Assembly (NCBI GenBank): GCA_963675745.2
Contig: CAXXWX010000010.1
Location: 96,001 to 160,000 of the forward strand
Direction: 5' to 3'
Length of the DNA stretch: 64,000 nt
Origin: Phycisphaerae bacterium
GTDB taxonomy: Bacteria; Planctomycetota; Phycisphaerae; UBA1845; Fen-1342
A program made the translations under genes and the position numbers. Shown here in pieces: positions 30,453 through 41,140 of this stretch (positions are counted from its first letter, which is position 1; every line of letters starts with the position of its first letter). The notes under the pieces were generated by a model, which did no database searches, was not told the origin of the DNA, and saw only the letters and a list, made by a program, of their open reading frames with translations.

Positions 30453-32444
30453 TTACACCGTTGAGTGCTCAGCCGGGCCGGGTGTGGTACTGCAATCCAG
30501 GCGCTGCCGCACCAGCGCCGCCAGGTGGCGCCCTTCGACGCGCCCGATCAATCGGCTCATCAGCCGGCCCATCACCCAGCGCTGCCGCGCATCGATCGGT
30601 TTATCGGTGCGCGGATTCGCGTCGAGTTCTCGAAGCGCCTCGTCGACTTCCGTTTGGACCACCTTGTCGTTGACCGGCTCACAGGTAAGCGCGCTGGTGA
30701 CTTCGGCGACGCGCGCCACGGGGAACTGCGCTGCCTCACTGTCGCTCAGCACTTGTTCGATCACCAGCGTAACGCCATCGCGGGTTATCCGTCCGTCTGC
30801 ATGCGCCCGAAACGCCTCATACAGGCACTCGTCACATAGCCGTTGCGGTCGGAACCCGGCGCGCCATAGCGCTTTCATGCGTTGCACGAGCACAACCGCC
30901 GCGAATGTGGGGTCTATCTTCAGCTCTTGCACCAGCCGATCAAACAGGCCGATGCGTGGCGAGACCATCAGGGGCTGCAGTGTGTCATGGGGGACGCCCA
31001 GCCTGGCGAGCTCGGCCTCGCGCTCCCAGACATTCACGGGTAAGAGGGATCGGATCTGCTCGAGCCTGGGACGCGTGATCTCCAATGGCGGCAGGTCGGT
31101 GTCTGGGTACATACGCTCGGCGCCGGGGAGCACGCGCTCGAATCCGGTTGTGCCGTCGGGTAGCGCCTGGCGTGTATCATGCGGCACGCCTTCCGTCGCC
31201 TCGCGGGCCCTGATCACAATCTCTTCACACGCCGTCTCGGTGTCGTCACGATCGCCCCACACCAATACGAGCGCGTCGCCGGCCTTGGCCCTGGTTATGC
31301 GATACAGCTCTTTCCAATCGCGCGCCGTCAGGGCCTCGGTCGCCGTGTCTGAGTGCACGATATTGGGCATCTTCGACAGGCAAGCGACCACGCGCACGCG
31401 GTCGGCGAACTCCTTGGCAAAGGTCGTGTGCTCCTGCGTGGTCTCGTTGAGCAATCCCGCGAAACCACGCAGCGCGACGCACATGACGCGCAGCCCGTCG
31501 GCAAGCGCCGCGCGGATCGGGTCATAGCGCACCTTTGTCACCGCGCGCGTGACCTCGTGTTTTGAGTACGCGAAGGAGTCCGGGGTAACTCCGCGTTGCC
31601 GCAACATCTCCCGGATGCGCAGCAGGGCGCATTGCCGCATGGCTTCGTTATAGGTCAGACGCGGGATGCGCCAGATCTGCGGCACGCCCTTGATCTCGAC
31701 GCGCGTACCACCCCGCACGCTCACGTTGACATCCTCGCGCGCGGCGCCATACCCCGTGCGGACTTTGCCCGTGCTGCGGGCCAGCATCCGCAGGATCTGG
31801 CAAACCTCGGCCGCCTCTTGCGGCGTGCGCATATCGGGGTCGGTCACGGTCTCGGTCAGCGGCATGCCCAGCCGGTCCGTCAACAGCACCCGATCGTGCC
31901 CGGTGTCGGAAACCTCGCGACAGGAATCCTCTTCGATCGAAAGCTGGGTGATACCGATGCGGCGGTCCTTGTAGGGAATCCACCCTCCGACGCCGATGAT
32001 CGCCGTACGTTGAAAGCCAGTGGGGATCGATCCGTCCAGATACTGCTTGCGCGCGATGTGCAGTTCGCCGACGATATTCAATCGCAGCAGCAGCGACAGT
32101 TCGAGGGCGATATCGAGGGCGTGGTCGTTGATGAAGAATGGAGGTGTGTCGTCAAACTCGTATGTGCAGACGGTTTCGCGGTGCAGGCGGTAATAGATGT
32201 TCTTCCGCGTCTTCTTCTCCATCAATGCCGTGCCGTCATACTCGCCGAGCTCGGATAGTGTCGGGCGCATGTGGCGCAGGATCTCGGCATCGTAATCGTT
32301 GCTGTAGTGGCCGGCGGGGCAACGGCAGAACAGCTTTGTGTTGGTCAGCAACTGCTGGTGGATTTCGAGGCCACACTTGAATCCAAGGCCGGCGTAATCC
32401 TCTGCAGTCATCTCGTTGAACGGTTTCAAAGGCGGCTGCGTCAC
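30453..32444 (-). CDS. gatE: Glu-tRNA(Gln) amidotransferase subunit E (archaeal type)
   Basis: GLEIHQQL, DGS.PTGFQRT, DRLGMPL, DVNVS...RVEIKGV, GAD-like insertion (HSD), LPGAERMYPDTD. Confidence 0.93.
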   Translation of the reverse strand: MTQPPLKPFNEMTAEDYAGLGFKCGLEIHQQLLTNTKLFCRCPAGHYSNDYDAEILRHMRPTLSELGEYDGTALMEKKTRKNIYYRLHRETVCTYEFDDTPPFFINDHALDIALELSLLLRLNIVGELHIARKQYLDGSIPTGFQRTAIIGVGGWIPYKDRRIGITQLSIEEDSCREVSDTGHDRVLLTDRLGMPLTETVTDPDMRTPQEAAEVCQILRMLARSTGKVRTGYGAAREDVNVSVRGGTRVEIKGVPQIWRIPRLTYNEAMRQCALLRIREMLRQRGVTPDSFAYSKHEVTRAVTKVRYDPIRAALADGLRVMCVALRGFAGLLNETTQEHTTFAKEFADRVRVVACLSKMPNIVHSDTATEALTARDWKELYRITRAKAGDALVLVWGDRDDTETACEEIVIRAREATEGVPHDTRQALPDGTTGFERVLPGAERMYPDTDLPPLEITRPRLEQIRSLLPVNVWEREAELARLGVPHDTLQPLMVSPRIGLFDRLVQELKIDPTFAAVVLVQRMKALWRAGFRPQRLCDECLYEAFRAHADGRITRDGVTLVIEQVLSDSEAAQFPVARVAEVTSALTCEPVNDKVVQTEVDEALRELDANPRTDKPIDARQRWVMGRLMSRLIGRVEGRHLAALVRQRLDCSTTPGPAEHSTV

Positions 32445-32600
32445 GCGCTCTCTCCGATCCTGGCAGTCGAAACCCCCATGTTAGAATAGCCATCGGGGCC
32501 CCGCAACCTGCCAGATGCTCGACTCGCAGGCACCCGGCCGGGGCACGTCTGCGTGGGCGGAAGCCGCCGGCGGCGAGGAGACAAACGTGCGCACGGGAGG

Positions 32601-34916
32601 CTATTCCGGGGGGGATAGCCGGGAGATGCGTTCGACGGCATCCGCGTACCAGACTGGCGGCGGCGAGCCAGCCAAGTCTACCGCCCGGCGCAACGCACTG
32701 ACCGCTCCCCCCTCGTCGCTGAGCTGTTCGCGCGCCAGACCCAGGTGATAGTGCGCGCCGGCGTGCTCCGGTGCGATGGCAACGGCTCGCCGTAGGTGCT
32801 CCAGAGCGTCACGCGGGCGGCCGCCCCAGCTTAGCACGCAGCCCAACGTATCCCGGAAATTCGCGTTATCGGGCTCAAGTGCTACCGCGTGTTCCGCGTG
32901 TCGCAGGGCCGCTTCAAGATTGTCGCCCAGCTCATAACAGGCCCAGGCGGCGTTGTTCATGGCAACCGCATCGTCCGGGTCGCGCCCAATCAACGTCGTG
33001 TATACGGTGAGGGCCTGAGCGTAATCGCCGCTGAGTTCCAGTATCTCGCCGAGTGCCAGCGCGTATTCACGGTTTGCGGGCGCGCTCCGGCAAGCCCGTC
33101 GGAGCAGCGGCAGGGTAACGTCCGGTGCATTGCCCCGACGCGAAAGGGCCAGCGCCAGATAGAAATTCGTGCCGGGGTCATTGGGATCCACCCGTCGTGC
33201 CCGCTCAAGCTGTTCCTCCGCTTGTGCGAGTTCATTCGCCCGCAGCGCGGCGACGCCCAGCCGCAGGGGTACCTGCAAGTCAAGCGGCGACGGCAGGCGC
33301 GCCGGGGCCAGTTGCTCCAGCACCCGGCTGATTTCACCCCGCGCGTCCGGCTTGGTCAGCAGGTGCAGGCTGAGTTGGATTGCGCGGCCATTACCCGGAT
33401 CGGCGGCGAGCACGCCCCGCAGGAGCTGCGCAGCGCTCTGTGGATCATCGGACTCGATGGCCAGCCGCGCTCGGTCAATCTCGCGATGCAGCGCGACCAT
33501 GTCCTTGGGGTCGGCCAACTCGCCGGCCGGCGGCACGCTCCGCGGCTCTCCGCCCACATACCCCAGGGCTTCGAGCTTGCGGCGCGTCTCATCATCGACG
33601 GCGAGCCGCTCGGCCGCCAGGGAGGGATAATCCAGCCTCGAATCGCGAATCAACGATAACTCATCCCGCAACGCCGCGCTCCGCGCACTGCCCGGTTCGT
33701 ACAGGTTGTTCGCTTCCAGCGGATCGGCATCGAGCGCGTAGCGCTCGGGACGTGGCGCCTCGATGAACTTCTCGTTTCCGAGTAGCACGCCCGCAAGGGG
33801 GCTCCAGCCATACGCCTCCAGCGGCAACTGCGACTCGAAGTACAGGGCGCGCGCCGCAGCGCTGTTGGCATCTGCATCCGGCGTTTCTCGCGGCAGAACG
33901 CGGCCGCGCGTCTCGTGCGGCGGTGCGATGCCCAGCCACGCGAGAATCGAAGGGTATATATCGACGAGCGATACGGGTGTATCAATGATGCGGGCGCGGC
34001 TCGGCGCGTCGGAAGGAAACCGTACGATCAGCGGCACGTGCAGCGTGTCGTTATAGGTGAATAGCCCGTGCGTCGGCTCACCGTGATTCCACAGGCCCTC
34101 GCCATGGTCCGCTGTGAAGACGATGAGCGTCTCGCGGCCAGTTTCCGCGTCGATCTCGCGGACGCGCGCGAGCAGCCGCCGGAGTTGCTCGTCGGCGTAG
34201 GCGATTTCCGCGTCATAGGCCGCCGCCCGGCCCGGACTGCCCTTGTATCCCGGTGGTTCATATGGTGCGTGCGGGTCGAAATAGTGTACCCAGAGGAAGT
34301 ACGGCCGCGGCCCGGCGGTGGCGAGCCAGGTTACGGCGGCGTCGGTCACAACCTCGGCATTACGTTCAACATAGAAAAACGAGGACTGTGCCGAGCCGGA
34401 TGAAAAGTCCTCGTCATACGAATCAAAGCCCTGATCCAACCCGAATTTCGAGTGCAGCACGAATGCGGCCACAATGGCGGCGGTGCTGTATCCCTCGGCT
34501 TGCAGCAGTTCCGCGAGTGTCGCCGCGCTGTCGTGCAGCCGACCCGCGCCGTTTATGCGCAGCGTGTGATCAAACGGATACAATCCGGTCATGATCGATG
34601 CGTGGGCCGGTAGAGTAAGCGGTACCGGGCTGTAGCAGCGCGAGTAGCGGATGCCTTCCTCGGCGAGTTGGTCTATGGTCCGCGTGCGGGTGTGCTCGTA
34701 GCCGTAACAGCCAATACGATCTGCACGCGTGGTGTCCAGGGTGATCAGCAGTACGTTCCAGCGCGGGGGCGCCGACTCGAGCGCTGTCCATATCTGCATG
34801 TGCGTAAGTACCGCGATGAGCAGCACGACCACGGCGAACACGGCCACGGCTCGCCACGACAACTGTCGTCGCGGCCTTTCAGTTAACGGGCCATCCCGCG
34901 TCGTCGATGAGTTCAC
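32601..34916 (-). CDS. Sulfatase-like (alkaline phosphatase superfamily) protein with TPR repeats
   Basis: LITLDTTRAD, TLPAHASIMTG, HYFDPH, ADHGEG and C-terminal TPRs. Confidence 0.88.
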   Translation of the reverse strand: MNSSTTRDGPLTERPRRQLSWRAVAVFAVVVLLIAVLTHMQIWTALESAPPRWNVLLITLDTTRADRIGCYGYEHTRTRTIDQLAEEGIRYSRCYSPVPLTLPAHASIMTGLYPFDHTLRINGAGRLHDSAATLAELLQAEGYSTAAIVAAFVLHSKFGLDQGFDSYDEDFSSGSAQSSFFYVERNAEVVTDAAVTWLATAGPRPYFLWVHYFDPHAPYEPPGYKGSPGRAAAYDAEIAYADEQLRRLLARVREIDAETGRETLIVFTADHGEGLWNHGEPTHGLFTYNDTLHVPLIVRFPSDAPSRARIIDTPVSLVDIYPSILAWLGIAPPHETRGRVLPRETPDADANSAAARALYFESQLPLEAYGWSPLAGVLLGNEKFIEAPRPERYALDADPLEANNLYEPGSARSAALRDELSLIRDSRLDYPSLAAERLAVDDETRRKLEALGYVGGEPRSVPPAGELADPKDMVALHREIDRARLAIESDDPQSAAQLLRGVLAADPGNGRAIQLSLHLLTKPDARGEISRVLEQLAPARLPSPLDLQVPLRLGVAALRANELAQAEEQLERARRVDPNDPGTNFYLALALSRRGNAPDVTLPLLRRACRSAPANREYALALGEILELSGDYAQALTVYTTLIGRDPDDAVAMNNAAWACYELGDNLEAALRHAEHAVALEPDNANFRDTLGCVLSWGGRPRDALEHLRRAVAIAPEHAGAHYHLGLAREQLSDEGGAVSALRRAVDLAGSPPPVWYADAVERISRLSPPE

Positions 34917-37570
34917 GGTCGCTCCCCGGACTCGATCACGCCGAGCTGGAAACGCATCTGCCCCGCGTCCGCCTGGGTCGGGTCCAGTTCGAGGCTTGTT
35001 CGCAGGTGCGTCATCGCGGCCTGGGTCTGCCCCATATCCAGCAGCGCCGCACCCAGGTGCTTGTGCGCGAGCGCGTAATCAGGCTTGACGCGGACGGCAC
35101 GACGCAACAGTGCGCAGGCATCCTCCACGCGGCCGTCGCGTAGGTAGTACGTGCCAACGTTTGTCAGCGCGATGGCGTTGCTGGGATTGACGCGGATCGC
35201 CTGCCGGAACCGGGCGATCGCGTCATCTTCGCGCCCCTGCATGAGATACAACTGGGCGAGGTTGACATACGGCAGATCCAGCCGGGGATTGCACTCAATC
35301 GCCTCTTCGTATTTCTCCTCGGCCAATTCGAGTTTTTCCTGGCGACGGTAGGTGAGCGCCAGGTTGTTTAGCGCATAGCCGAACCTGGGGTTCATCTCGA
35401 GGGCGCGTCCCAGCAGTGTCAGTGCATTATCGTATTCTCCCTCGTCGCTCAGGATGCCGCCGAGAGTCGCCAGGGCGCGCGCGTTTGCCGGCTGAAATCG
35501 GAGGGCGAGGCCCAATTCACGCTTGGCGTCTTCGTAGTTGCCTTCCTGAATCAGGATGCGCGCCAGGCCGTCGTGGGCGTCACCGTTCAAACCGTCGATT
35601 TCGATGGTCCGGCCGAACGCAGCGCGGGCCTGCTCGAAACGTGCGGCCTGGAAGTGAATCTCGCCGCGAAGGTTGCAGGCGTGTGGCCCGGCTGACCCTG
35701 GGTCGAGCTCGACCGCGCGTGCCAACAGCGCAAACGCCTCATCCTCGTTGTTCTGGTACCAGGCCAGGCGCCCCAGCAAGACGTAAACATCGCCGTGCTC
35801 GGGGTCCAGTTCCTGTACGCGTTTGGCCGTCTCGTGTGCCTTTTCCAGCCGGCCCAGGGTCATGTACATGTTGGCCACCCCCATGTACAGCCCCGTGTCG
35901 TTTGGCGACAACTCCAGCGCGCGTAGAAACGTCTCGAGCGCCTTGTCGGGTTCGCCGTGTGCCGCGTAGGCACCACCCAGGATCTGCATGGCGAAAACGT
36001 CGCGCGGCACGGATTCAACACACGCGGTCAACTGTTTGATGGCGCCGGCGATGTCGCCGAGGTTGCGCATGGCGACGGCCTTCTGTACATCCTCCCAGTG
36101 GTAGATCATCTCTTTCGGGTCTGGGAGCTGCTCTAGGCTGTCCGCCGGTCCATCATCTGTCGGCGTCGAGGATACATAGCCCAGTGCTTCCAGGCGGCGG
36201 ATGGCGTCCGGCTTAAGCTCGGCGTTCTGCGTGGCCCGCGCCGCCAGCCAGGGATCCTCGCCGACAAACGTAATCAACTCCGCGCGCAGGTCCATCGCCG
36301 GGTCGCTGTGCGACTCGTACAGGTTGTCGAGCTCATGCGGATCGGCGCGCAGGTCGTAAAGCTCCGGCTCTGGTGCCAGGATGAACTTGTAATCGTCACG
36401 CCTGACGCCCAGCAGCGGGGCCCACCCGTGCAGCGTCATGGTGGATAGGGTCTCGACATAGACCGGGCGCGGCGTCGACGGGGCCGCCTGGAGCAGACTG
36501 CGGCCGTCGAGGTTGCCCGGGGGATGCACGCCCAGCATCTCGAGCAGCGTGGGCATCACGTCAACGAGCGACACCTGGCTTTGTAGCACCTTGCCGCCTG
36601 GAATGGCGCCGGGCGCGCTGAAGATCATGGGCACGTGCAGCGTGCCGTCGTAGATCAGCAGCGAGTGTGTCTGTTCGCCGTGCTCACCCAGTCCCTCGCC
36701 GTGATCGGCGGTAACGATGACCAGCGTGTGGTCGCGTATGCCGAGCTCGTCCAGGTAGCTCAGCAAATCGCCGATCTGAGAGTCAACATATGCGATCTCG
36801 CCGTCGTACAGGTTCTGGCTGTACTTGCTGCGAAACGGCTCGGGCGGGAGATATGTGGCGTGCGGATCAAAGAAGTGCGCCCAGTAGAAAAAGCGTTGAT
36901 TGGCGTTGTCCTTCAGCCAGGCCTTGACCGCCACGTTGGTCAGCTCGGCCGGGCGCTCCCGGAACATCTGCGGCGCGTGCTTGACCCCCATGGTCAGGTC
37001 GTCGTGATACTCATCAAACCCCTGGTTGGTGCCGAACTGTCCATCGAGCACGAAGGCCGAGATTGCCGCCCCCGTACGATAGCCCTGTTCCTTGAGCACC
37101 TCGGCCAACGTGACGTTCTTCTCGTCGAGCTTGAATGTCCCGTTGGCCCGCGCGCCGTGGTTGAACGGATAGAGCCCGGTCAGTAGTGAGGAATGTCCGG
37201 GCAACGTGGCCGGAGATGGCGTTACGGCCTGGGCACACAGCACGCCGCTACGGGCCAACTCGTCGAGCACCGGCGTCTCGATGCCGCGGTTGCCATAGCA
37301 CGCCAGGTGGTCGGCGCGCGTGGTGTCGGTCGTGATGAGCAGGACGTTCCAGCCGCGCAACGCGGCCGGCTCCAGTTCGATCCGCTCGCAGGCAACGAGT
37401 TCGGGCATGATCTCGCCGGTGATCGCACCGCTCCCCACATCAATCCAGCGGAACCAGGACATGCGCAGCGCGCCGAAGAGAAAGAGAATGATCGCCACGG
37501 CATAGATGAGATACTGTGACCAGCGAGAGTGGCGGGGGTGCTTGGTGGACGCGTCGACTTTCTTCTTCAC
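34913..37570 (-). CDS. Sulfatase-like protein with TPR repeats (paralogue)
   Basis: LITTDTTRAD, TLPGHSSLLTG, HFFDPH, ADHGEG and many TPRs. Confidence 0.88.
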   Translation of the reverse strand: MKKKVDASTKHPRHSRWSQYLIYAVAIILFLFGALRMSWFRWIDVGSGAITGEIMPELVACERIELEPAALRGWNVLLITTDTTRADHLACYGNRGIETPVLDELARSGVLCAQAVTPSPATLPGHSSLLTGLYPFNHGARANGTFKLDEKNVTLAEVLKEQGYRTGAAISAFVLDGQFGTNQGFDEYHDDLTMGVKHAPQMFRERPAELTNVAVKAWLKDNANQRFFYWAHFFDPHATYLPPEPFRSKYSQNLYDGEIAYVDSQIGDLLSYLDELGIRDHTLVIVTADHGEGLGEHGEQTHSLLIYDGTLHVPMIFSAPGAIPGGKVLQSQVSLVDVMPTLLEMLGVHPPGNLDGRSLLQAAPSTPRPVYVETLSTMTLHGWAPLLGVRRDDYKFILAPEPELYDLRADPHELDNLYESHSDPAMDLRAELITFVGEDPWLAARATQNAELKPDAIRRLEALGYVSSTPTDDGPADSLEQLPDPKEMIYHWEDVQKAVAMRNLGDIAGAIKQLTACVESVPRDVFAMQILGGAYAAHGEPDKALETFLRALELSPNDTGLYMGVANMYMTLGRLEKAHETAKRVQELDPEHGDVYVLLGRLAWYQNNEDEAFALLARAVELDPGSAGPHACNLRGEIHFQAARFEQARAAFGRTIEIDGLNGDAHDGLARILIQEGNYEDAKRELGLALRFQPANARALATLGGILSDEGEYDNALTLLGRALEMNPRFGYALNNLALTYRRQEKLELAEEKYEEAIECNPRLDLPYVNLAQLYLMQGREDDAIARFRQAIRVNPSNAIALTNVGTYYLRDGRVEDACALLRRAVRVKPDYALAHKHLGAALLDMGQTQAAMTHLRTSLELDPTQADAGQMRFQLGVIESGERP

Positions 37571-37763
37571 TGAAGCCGCCTCCCGTCAATTGGAGCAAAG
37601 CCGGAGGCTCGCACAGCCTGGCACGCGAGCCCTCGCCCGCCCCATGCCTCCGTGTCATGCCGCCGCCACCACACCCCAAAGTGAGTCCGGCGACGTTACC
37701 TGGTGGCAACGTCGCCGGTTGATGATACCCTCAAACACGTTTTGTTGAACGTGTCGGTGCTAC

Positions 37764-38546
37764 TCAGGCGCGCCGACGGGCGTAGATCAGGCCGCCCACG
37801 CCCAACAGCATGCACGCGGCCGCCGCGGGCTCGGGCACGTGTTCGATCCCGACGCCGGCTACGTTGTTGATCCAGTTGTTGGTGGCCACAAACGCGCTGG
37901 CGGGAATGAACGTGGTTCCGTCGGCGGGATTGTGGAACCAACGGCCCTGACCGGGATACGCCCAATCGATGCCGTTGACTGTCTTGTAGAAGTAGTCGCT
38001 GGCGGCGATGTTGTACGACGCCGACTCGACGATGTGCAGAATCTGCCAGACACTCGCTGTGATGTCGATGTCGCCGTTGTTTGCAATGGTCGTGTTCTTT
38101 GCATGGAAGTCCAGATTGAACAGCGGATACATCGAGCTCGAATTGACGTTAATCCCTGACGCGGCGGCCCCGGGCACCCAGACCGCCAGCGGAAAGACCA
38201 CTTGCCAGTCACTCTGACTGCCGGGGAACTCCCAACTGTCATACAGCCCCGTCGTGTCCGGCACCTCCAGCTTGTTGTGCGGACCTGCTGGCGAGACAAT
38301 GACTTGGCTCAACTCGTGGCTGTCATACTGCAAATCAAACAGCATGCCCGCGTAGTTGGTAAACGCGTAAGTAACGTGCATACCCCAGGTCGTTGTGTAC
38401 CAGTCCGAATCCTGTAGCGGGGGGGTGTACACATCGTCAAACGAGTCGATGCCGTCATAGCCTCCCACCGGACCGGTCGAGTCCGCCAACACGGGTAACG
38501 CGCAAAGCGTCCCGGCGGCGAGCACGACAATGAACTTCTTCAACAT
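37764..38546 (-). CDS. PEP-CTERM sorting-domain protein
   Basis: Signal peptide; C-terminal VPEP, TM segment and RRRA; AGGAGG RBS. Confidence 0.88.
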   Translation of the reverse strand: MLKKFIVVLAAGTLCALPVLADSTGPVGGYDGIDSFDDVYTPPLQDSDWYTTTWGMHVTYAFTNYAGMLFDLQYDSHELSQVIVSPAGPHNKLEVPDTTGLYDSWEFPGSQSDWQVVFPLAVWVPGAAASGINVNSSSMYPLFNLDFHAKNTTIANNGDIDITASVWQILHIVESASYNIAASDYFYKTVNGIDWAYPGQGRWFHNPADGTTFIPASAFVATNNWINNVAGVGIEHVPEPAAAACMLLGVGGLIYARRRA

Positions 38547-39038
38547 GATATCATCTCCTCCTTGCGCCTGACTCCAGACCGGCCCGAACACGACTGCCAC
38601 AATGCCTGGATTCTCAGGCAACTCAGGATCTGTCACCCCCGTAACGCCCCGCCGGTTACCTACCTCCTTCCTGGCCGACGCTTGGATTTCCCTCGTTCCG
38701 GTTTACGTCAGTACATGTGTCGCTCTGGAGCAAGCCCTCGGCCCCCGCATTGGCCCTGCACAACTGCTGACTGGTCACAACGCCGATGTGTTACGTCTTG
38801 CGGCACTCACATCTGCGTCGGGGGCACGCTCCGCCTCCATTGCGATGGTCGCGCGCGGGGGGACTGCAGGTCAATAGGTATAATTCGAGCGCCGATACAG
38901 AAAGTGTCCAGGGTTTGCGATAGCACGAGTCGCGGTCTGTTATGTCGAGTCACACCAAGGGCGTACGCGCGGTTGGATTGCTGTGCGATGCCGGACGCCA
39001 TTACGCGTTTCCGCCGCCTGCGCCTCGGCCACGGCCCG

Positions 39039-40676
39039 CTACGGGGCGCGATACAGAATCAGGTGTGATTCGGTCTTATGAAACGGAGCCCACGTCTTGC
39101 CGCGCCCTTCGTTGATATACGGGTCAAGCGTGTACTCAATCTTCAGCTCGCGCCGATCATCGATCAGCCGCGTGACTTCAACTTCCCATGGGCGGACCAC
39201 GTCGCCGGGTGCCCAACCGGCGCGATCATACTTCCACGTGCCGCCTTGTGGCCGGCAGGGGTTCAGATAGTTGTCCGTCTTCCACAACACATTCTGGTGC
39301 GCCTCGCCGTTGACTGTCAGCGTGCGTCCGAGTGGCATGAATTCGCCGGCGTTGTTCGAGTTTGGAAACATCCCGTGGCCGGTGACCACTGAGCGGACCT
39401 TGGCAAACGCGGCCTGCTCATCGAGCGGCACGACCCGCGGGGTGTAAAACTCCTCGACCGGTTTGTCGGGATTGCCAATCTCGGGGCTGCCTGACCAGAG
39501 GTTGACGATCTTGTACGCCAGCCGGTCGGTCTTGCCTGGATAGAAGTCGAACTTGACGGTGACGACCCACCCTTCTCCCTGCGTGCCGCAGGATTGCTCG
39601 ATGCGCCGCTTGCCGCGCAGCAGCGGTCGGAAATCGGTCACGTCCATCATCCACTCGTGTCCGCGGTGGTACGGCGTGATATAGCGCAGGATCTCGAAAC
39701 GCTCGCCGTCGTCGGCGTAGGCATTGATCTCCGCCAGCCGATCCCACGGGTCGAAACGCGTCTCCGGTTTGTCAAGCCGCAGCGTGCAGATGATGCGGGC
39801 GAAGCGATCCGTGTTCTCGGGGAACTCGACAGTCGCTTCGTTCTTGGCGTGTTTCGCATCATTCAACTGGTGGTCTATTGCCACAACCGAAAGCGGTGGC
39901 TCGGGCGTTGGAATCGGTTCGCTGCATTGGATGCGCAGGTCGTCGATCAACACATCCCCCGCAGTGTCCCCGTTGCGCCCTCCAAAGGCGGGGCGCCCGA
40001 CGTACGCAGTCATCGAGGGAATGAAATACCGCTCAAAGACGGGCGTGGCATCGATCCGGATGGTGACCTCGGCGCCGCCGGTCACGAACTCGACGCGCAC
40101 TGCGACATCGTGAGGCTTCTCGTCGCGGAAGTCCATCGGCGTGGTGCGCTTGACAATCTCCATGCCGTTCCAGTGCAGTGAAACTTCGTGTTGCGGGCGA
40201 TCGTAGGCATTCCCGGAGCCGCGAAAGGGGTCGCGATTGGGTGGGTTGGAGGCATCGAAACCAACGGCGAACGAGGCCGGAATGCCTGGCGCCTCCCATT
40301 GCTCGACGGCGGGGGCTTCGCCGCTTGGGCCGTGCTCCGCAACGTTGAGCCAGGCGAAGCCGGCGCCTTCCGTGCCGGTATTCATGGTCATCTTCCACGA
40401 CACTTCGACAATGCGCACGGTTGTCTCGGTCGGGGCGGGAAAAGCCGCCGACGTGTTGAATTTCCACCAGGATTCCAGCAGGTAAAGCTGCCCGTCGGCG
40501 ATCTTGGGTTTGGAGTCGTGGCGTGTGCCTTCGCCGGTGGCGGTTATGGAAAACGGCAGCGGTTCTTCGGGCGCGTCGAAACGGTATTCGGTGGTGGTCT
40601 CAGGAGCCGCGCCGATCGCTTGTGTCGCCGTCAAGCATAAGACCACTACCGACAGACAGATCACTCTGATGATCAT
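39039..40676 (-). CDS. Peptide-N-glycosidase F-related secreted protein with an N-terminal lectin-like domain
   Basis: DPWDR, EILRYITPY, VTGHG...AGEF, QGGTWKYDRAGWAPG. Confidence 0.75.
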   Translation of the reverse strand: MIIRVICLSVVVLCLTATQAIGAAPETTTEYRFDAPEEPLPFSITATGEGTRHDSKPKIADGQLYLLESWWKFNTSAAFPAPTETTVRIVEVSWKMTMNTGTEGAGFAWLNVAEHGPSGEAPAVEQWEAPGIPASFAVGFDASNPPNRDPFRGSGNAYDRPQHEVSLHWNGMEIVKRTTPMDFRDEKPHDVAVRVEFVTGGAEVTIRIDATPVFERYFIPSMTAYVGRPAFGGRNGDTAGDVLIDDLRIQCSEPIPTPEPPLSVVAIDHQLNDAKHAKNEATVEFPENTDRFARIICTLRLDKPETRFDPWDRLAEINAYADDGERFEILRYITPYHRGHEWMMDVTDFRPLLRGKRRIEQSCGTQGEGWVVTVKFDFYPGKTDRLAYKIVNLWSGSPEIGNPDKPVEEFYTPRVVPLDEQAAFAKVRSVVTGHGMFPNSNNAGEFMPLGRTLTVNGEAHQNVLWKTDNYLNPCRPQGGTWKYDRAGWAPGDVVRPWEVEVTRLIDDRRELKIEYTLDPYINEGRGKTWAPFHKTESHLILYRAP

Positions 40677-40816
40677 CGCGCTATCCTCGCCATGCGCCAG
40701 GTTCATGTGAACGCCGTTGCGCAAGAGTACGGCTGTTCGGACAACGCTGCCAGCGTGGCGGTGCAAAAGGGACAGCAGCGGCTTTCATGACGGGTTGCCA
40801 GGGGGGGGAGATTGCG

Positions 40817-41140
40817 CTATGCGAATATCCCGTGTAGATACCACCTGTTTTCATTAAGCGCCCGGAAAATCCAGAATTGCTCGCCGGTGTCGGTTTCAAC
40901 ACGAAAATAGTCGCGACGAACATCGGAGCTACGCCACCAGGCTGTTTCAACGCGTTCGGGGCCCACCGATCGTGTGATGATGTGCTCGCGACCCTGATGA
41001 CAAAACCACGTGGGCGGACCGGCGGGCATCAAGGCGATCACGCGTATTGGAAGCGGCTTGGAAAAGAGCTTCGTCGGCCGCGCCCCTGCGGCACCCGGCC
41101 CTCTGGGATAAGGTGTTGACGTGGGTGATGGCACCATCAC
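40817..41140 (-). CDS. Detached ImuB C-terminal domain
   Basis: RPTKLF...GPERVETAWW...RDYFRVE...WIFR...WYLHGIFA; lies in a different frame from imuB with a GTGA overlap. Confidence 0.7.
   Translation of the reverse strand: MMVPSPTSTPYPRGPGAAGARPTKLFSKPLPIRVIALMPAGPPTWFCHQGREHIITRSVGPERVETAWWRSSDVRRDYFRVETDTGEQFWIFRALNENRWYLHGIFA

Noticed and set aside
30376..31527. Long antisense ORFs (also 4395-5558, 45188-46330, 50140-51276 and others)
   Set aside because: They are shadows of well-supported genes on the opposite strand, as expected in high-GC DNA.
41137..41140. Selenocysteine readthrough at the imuB TGA
   Set aside because: The downstream domain is in a different frame, so readthrough would not join them.
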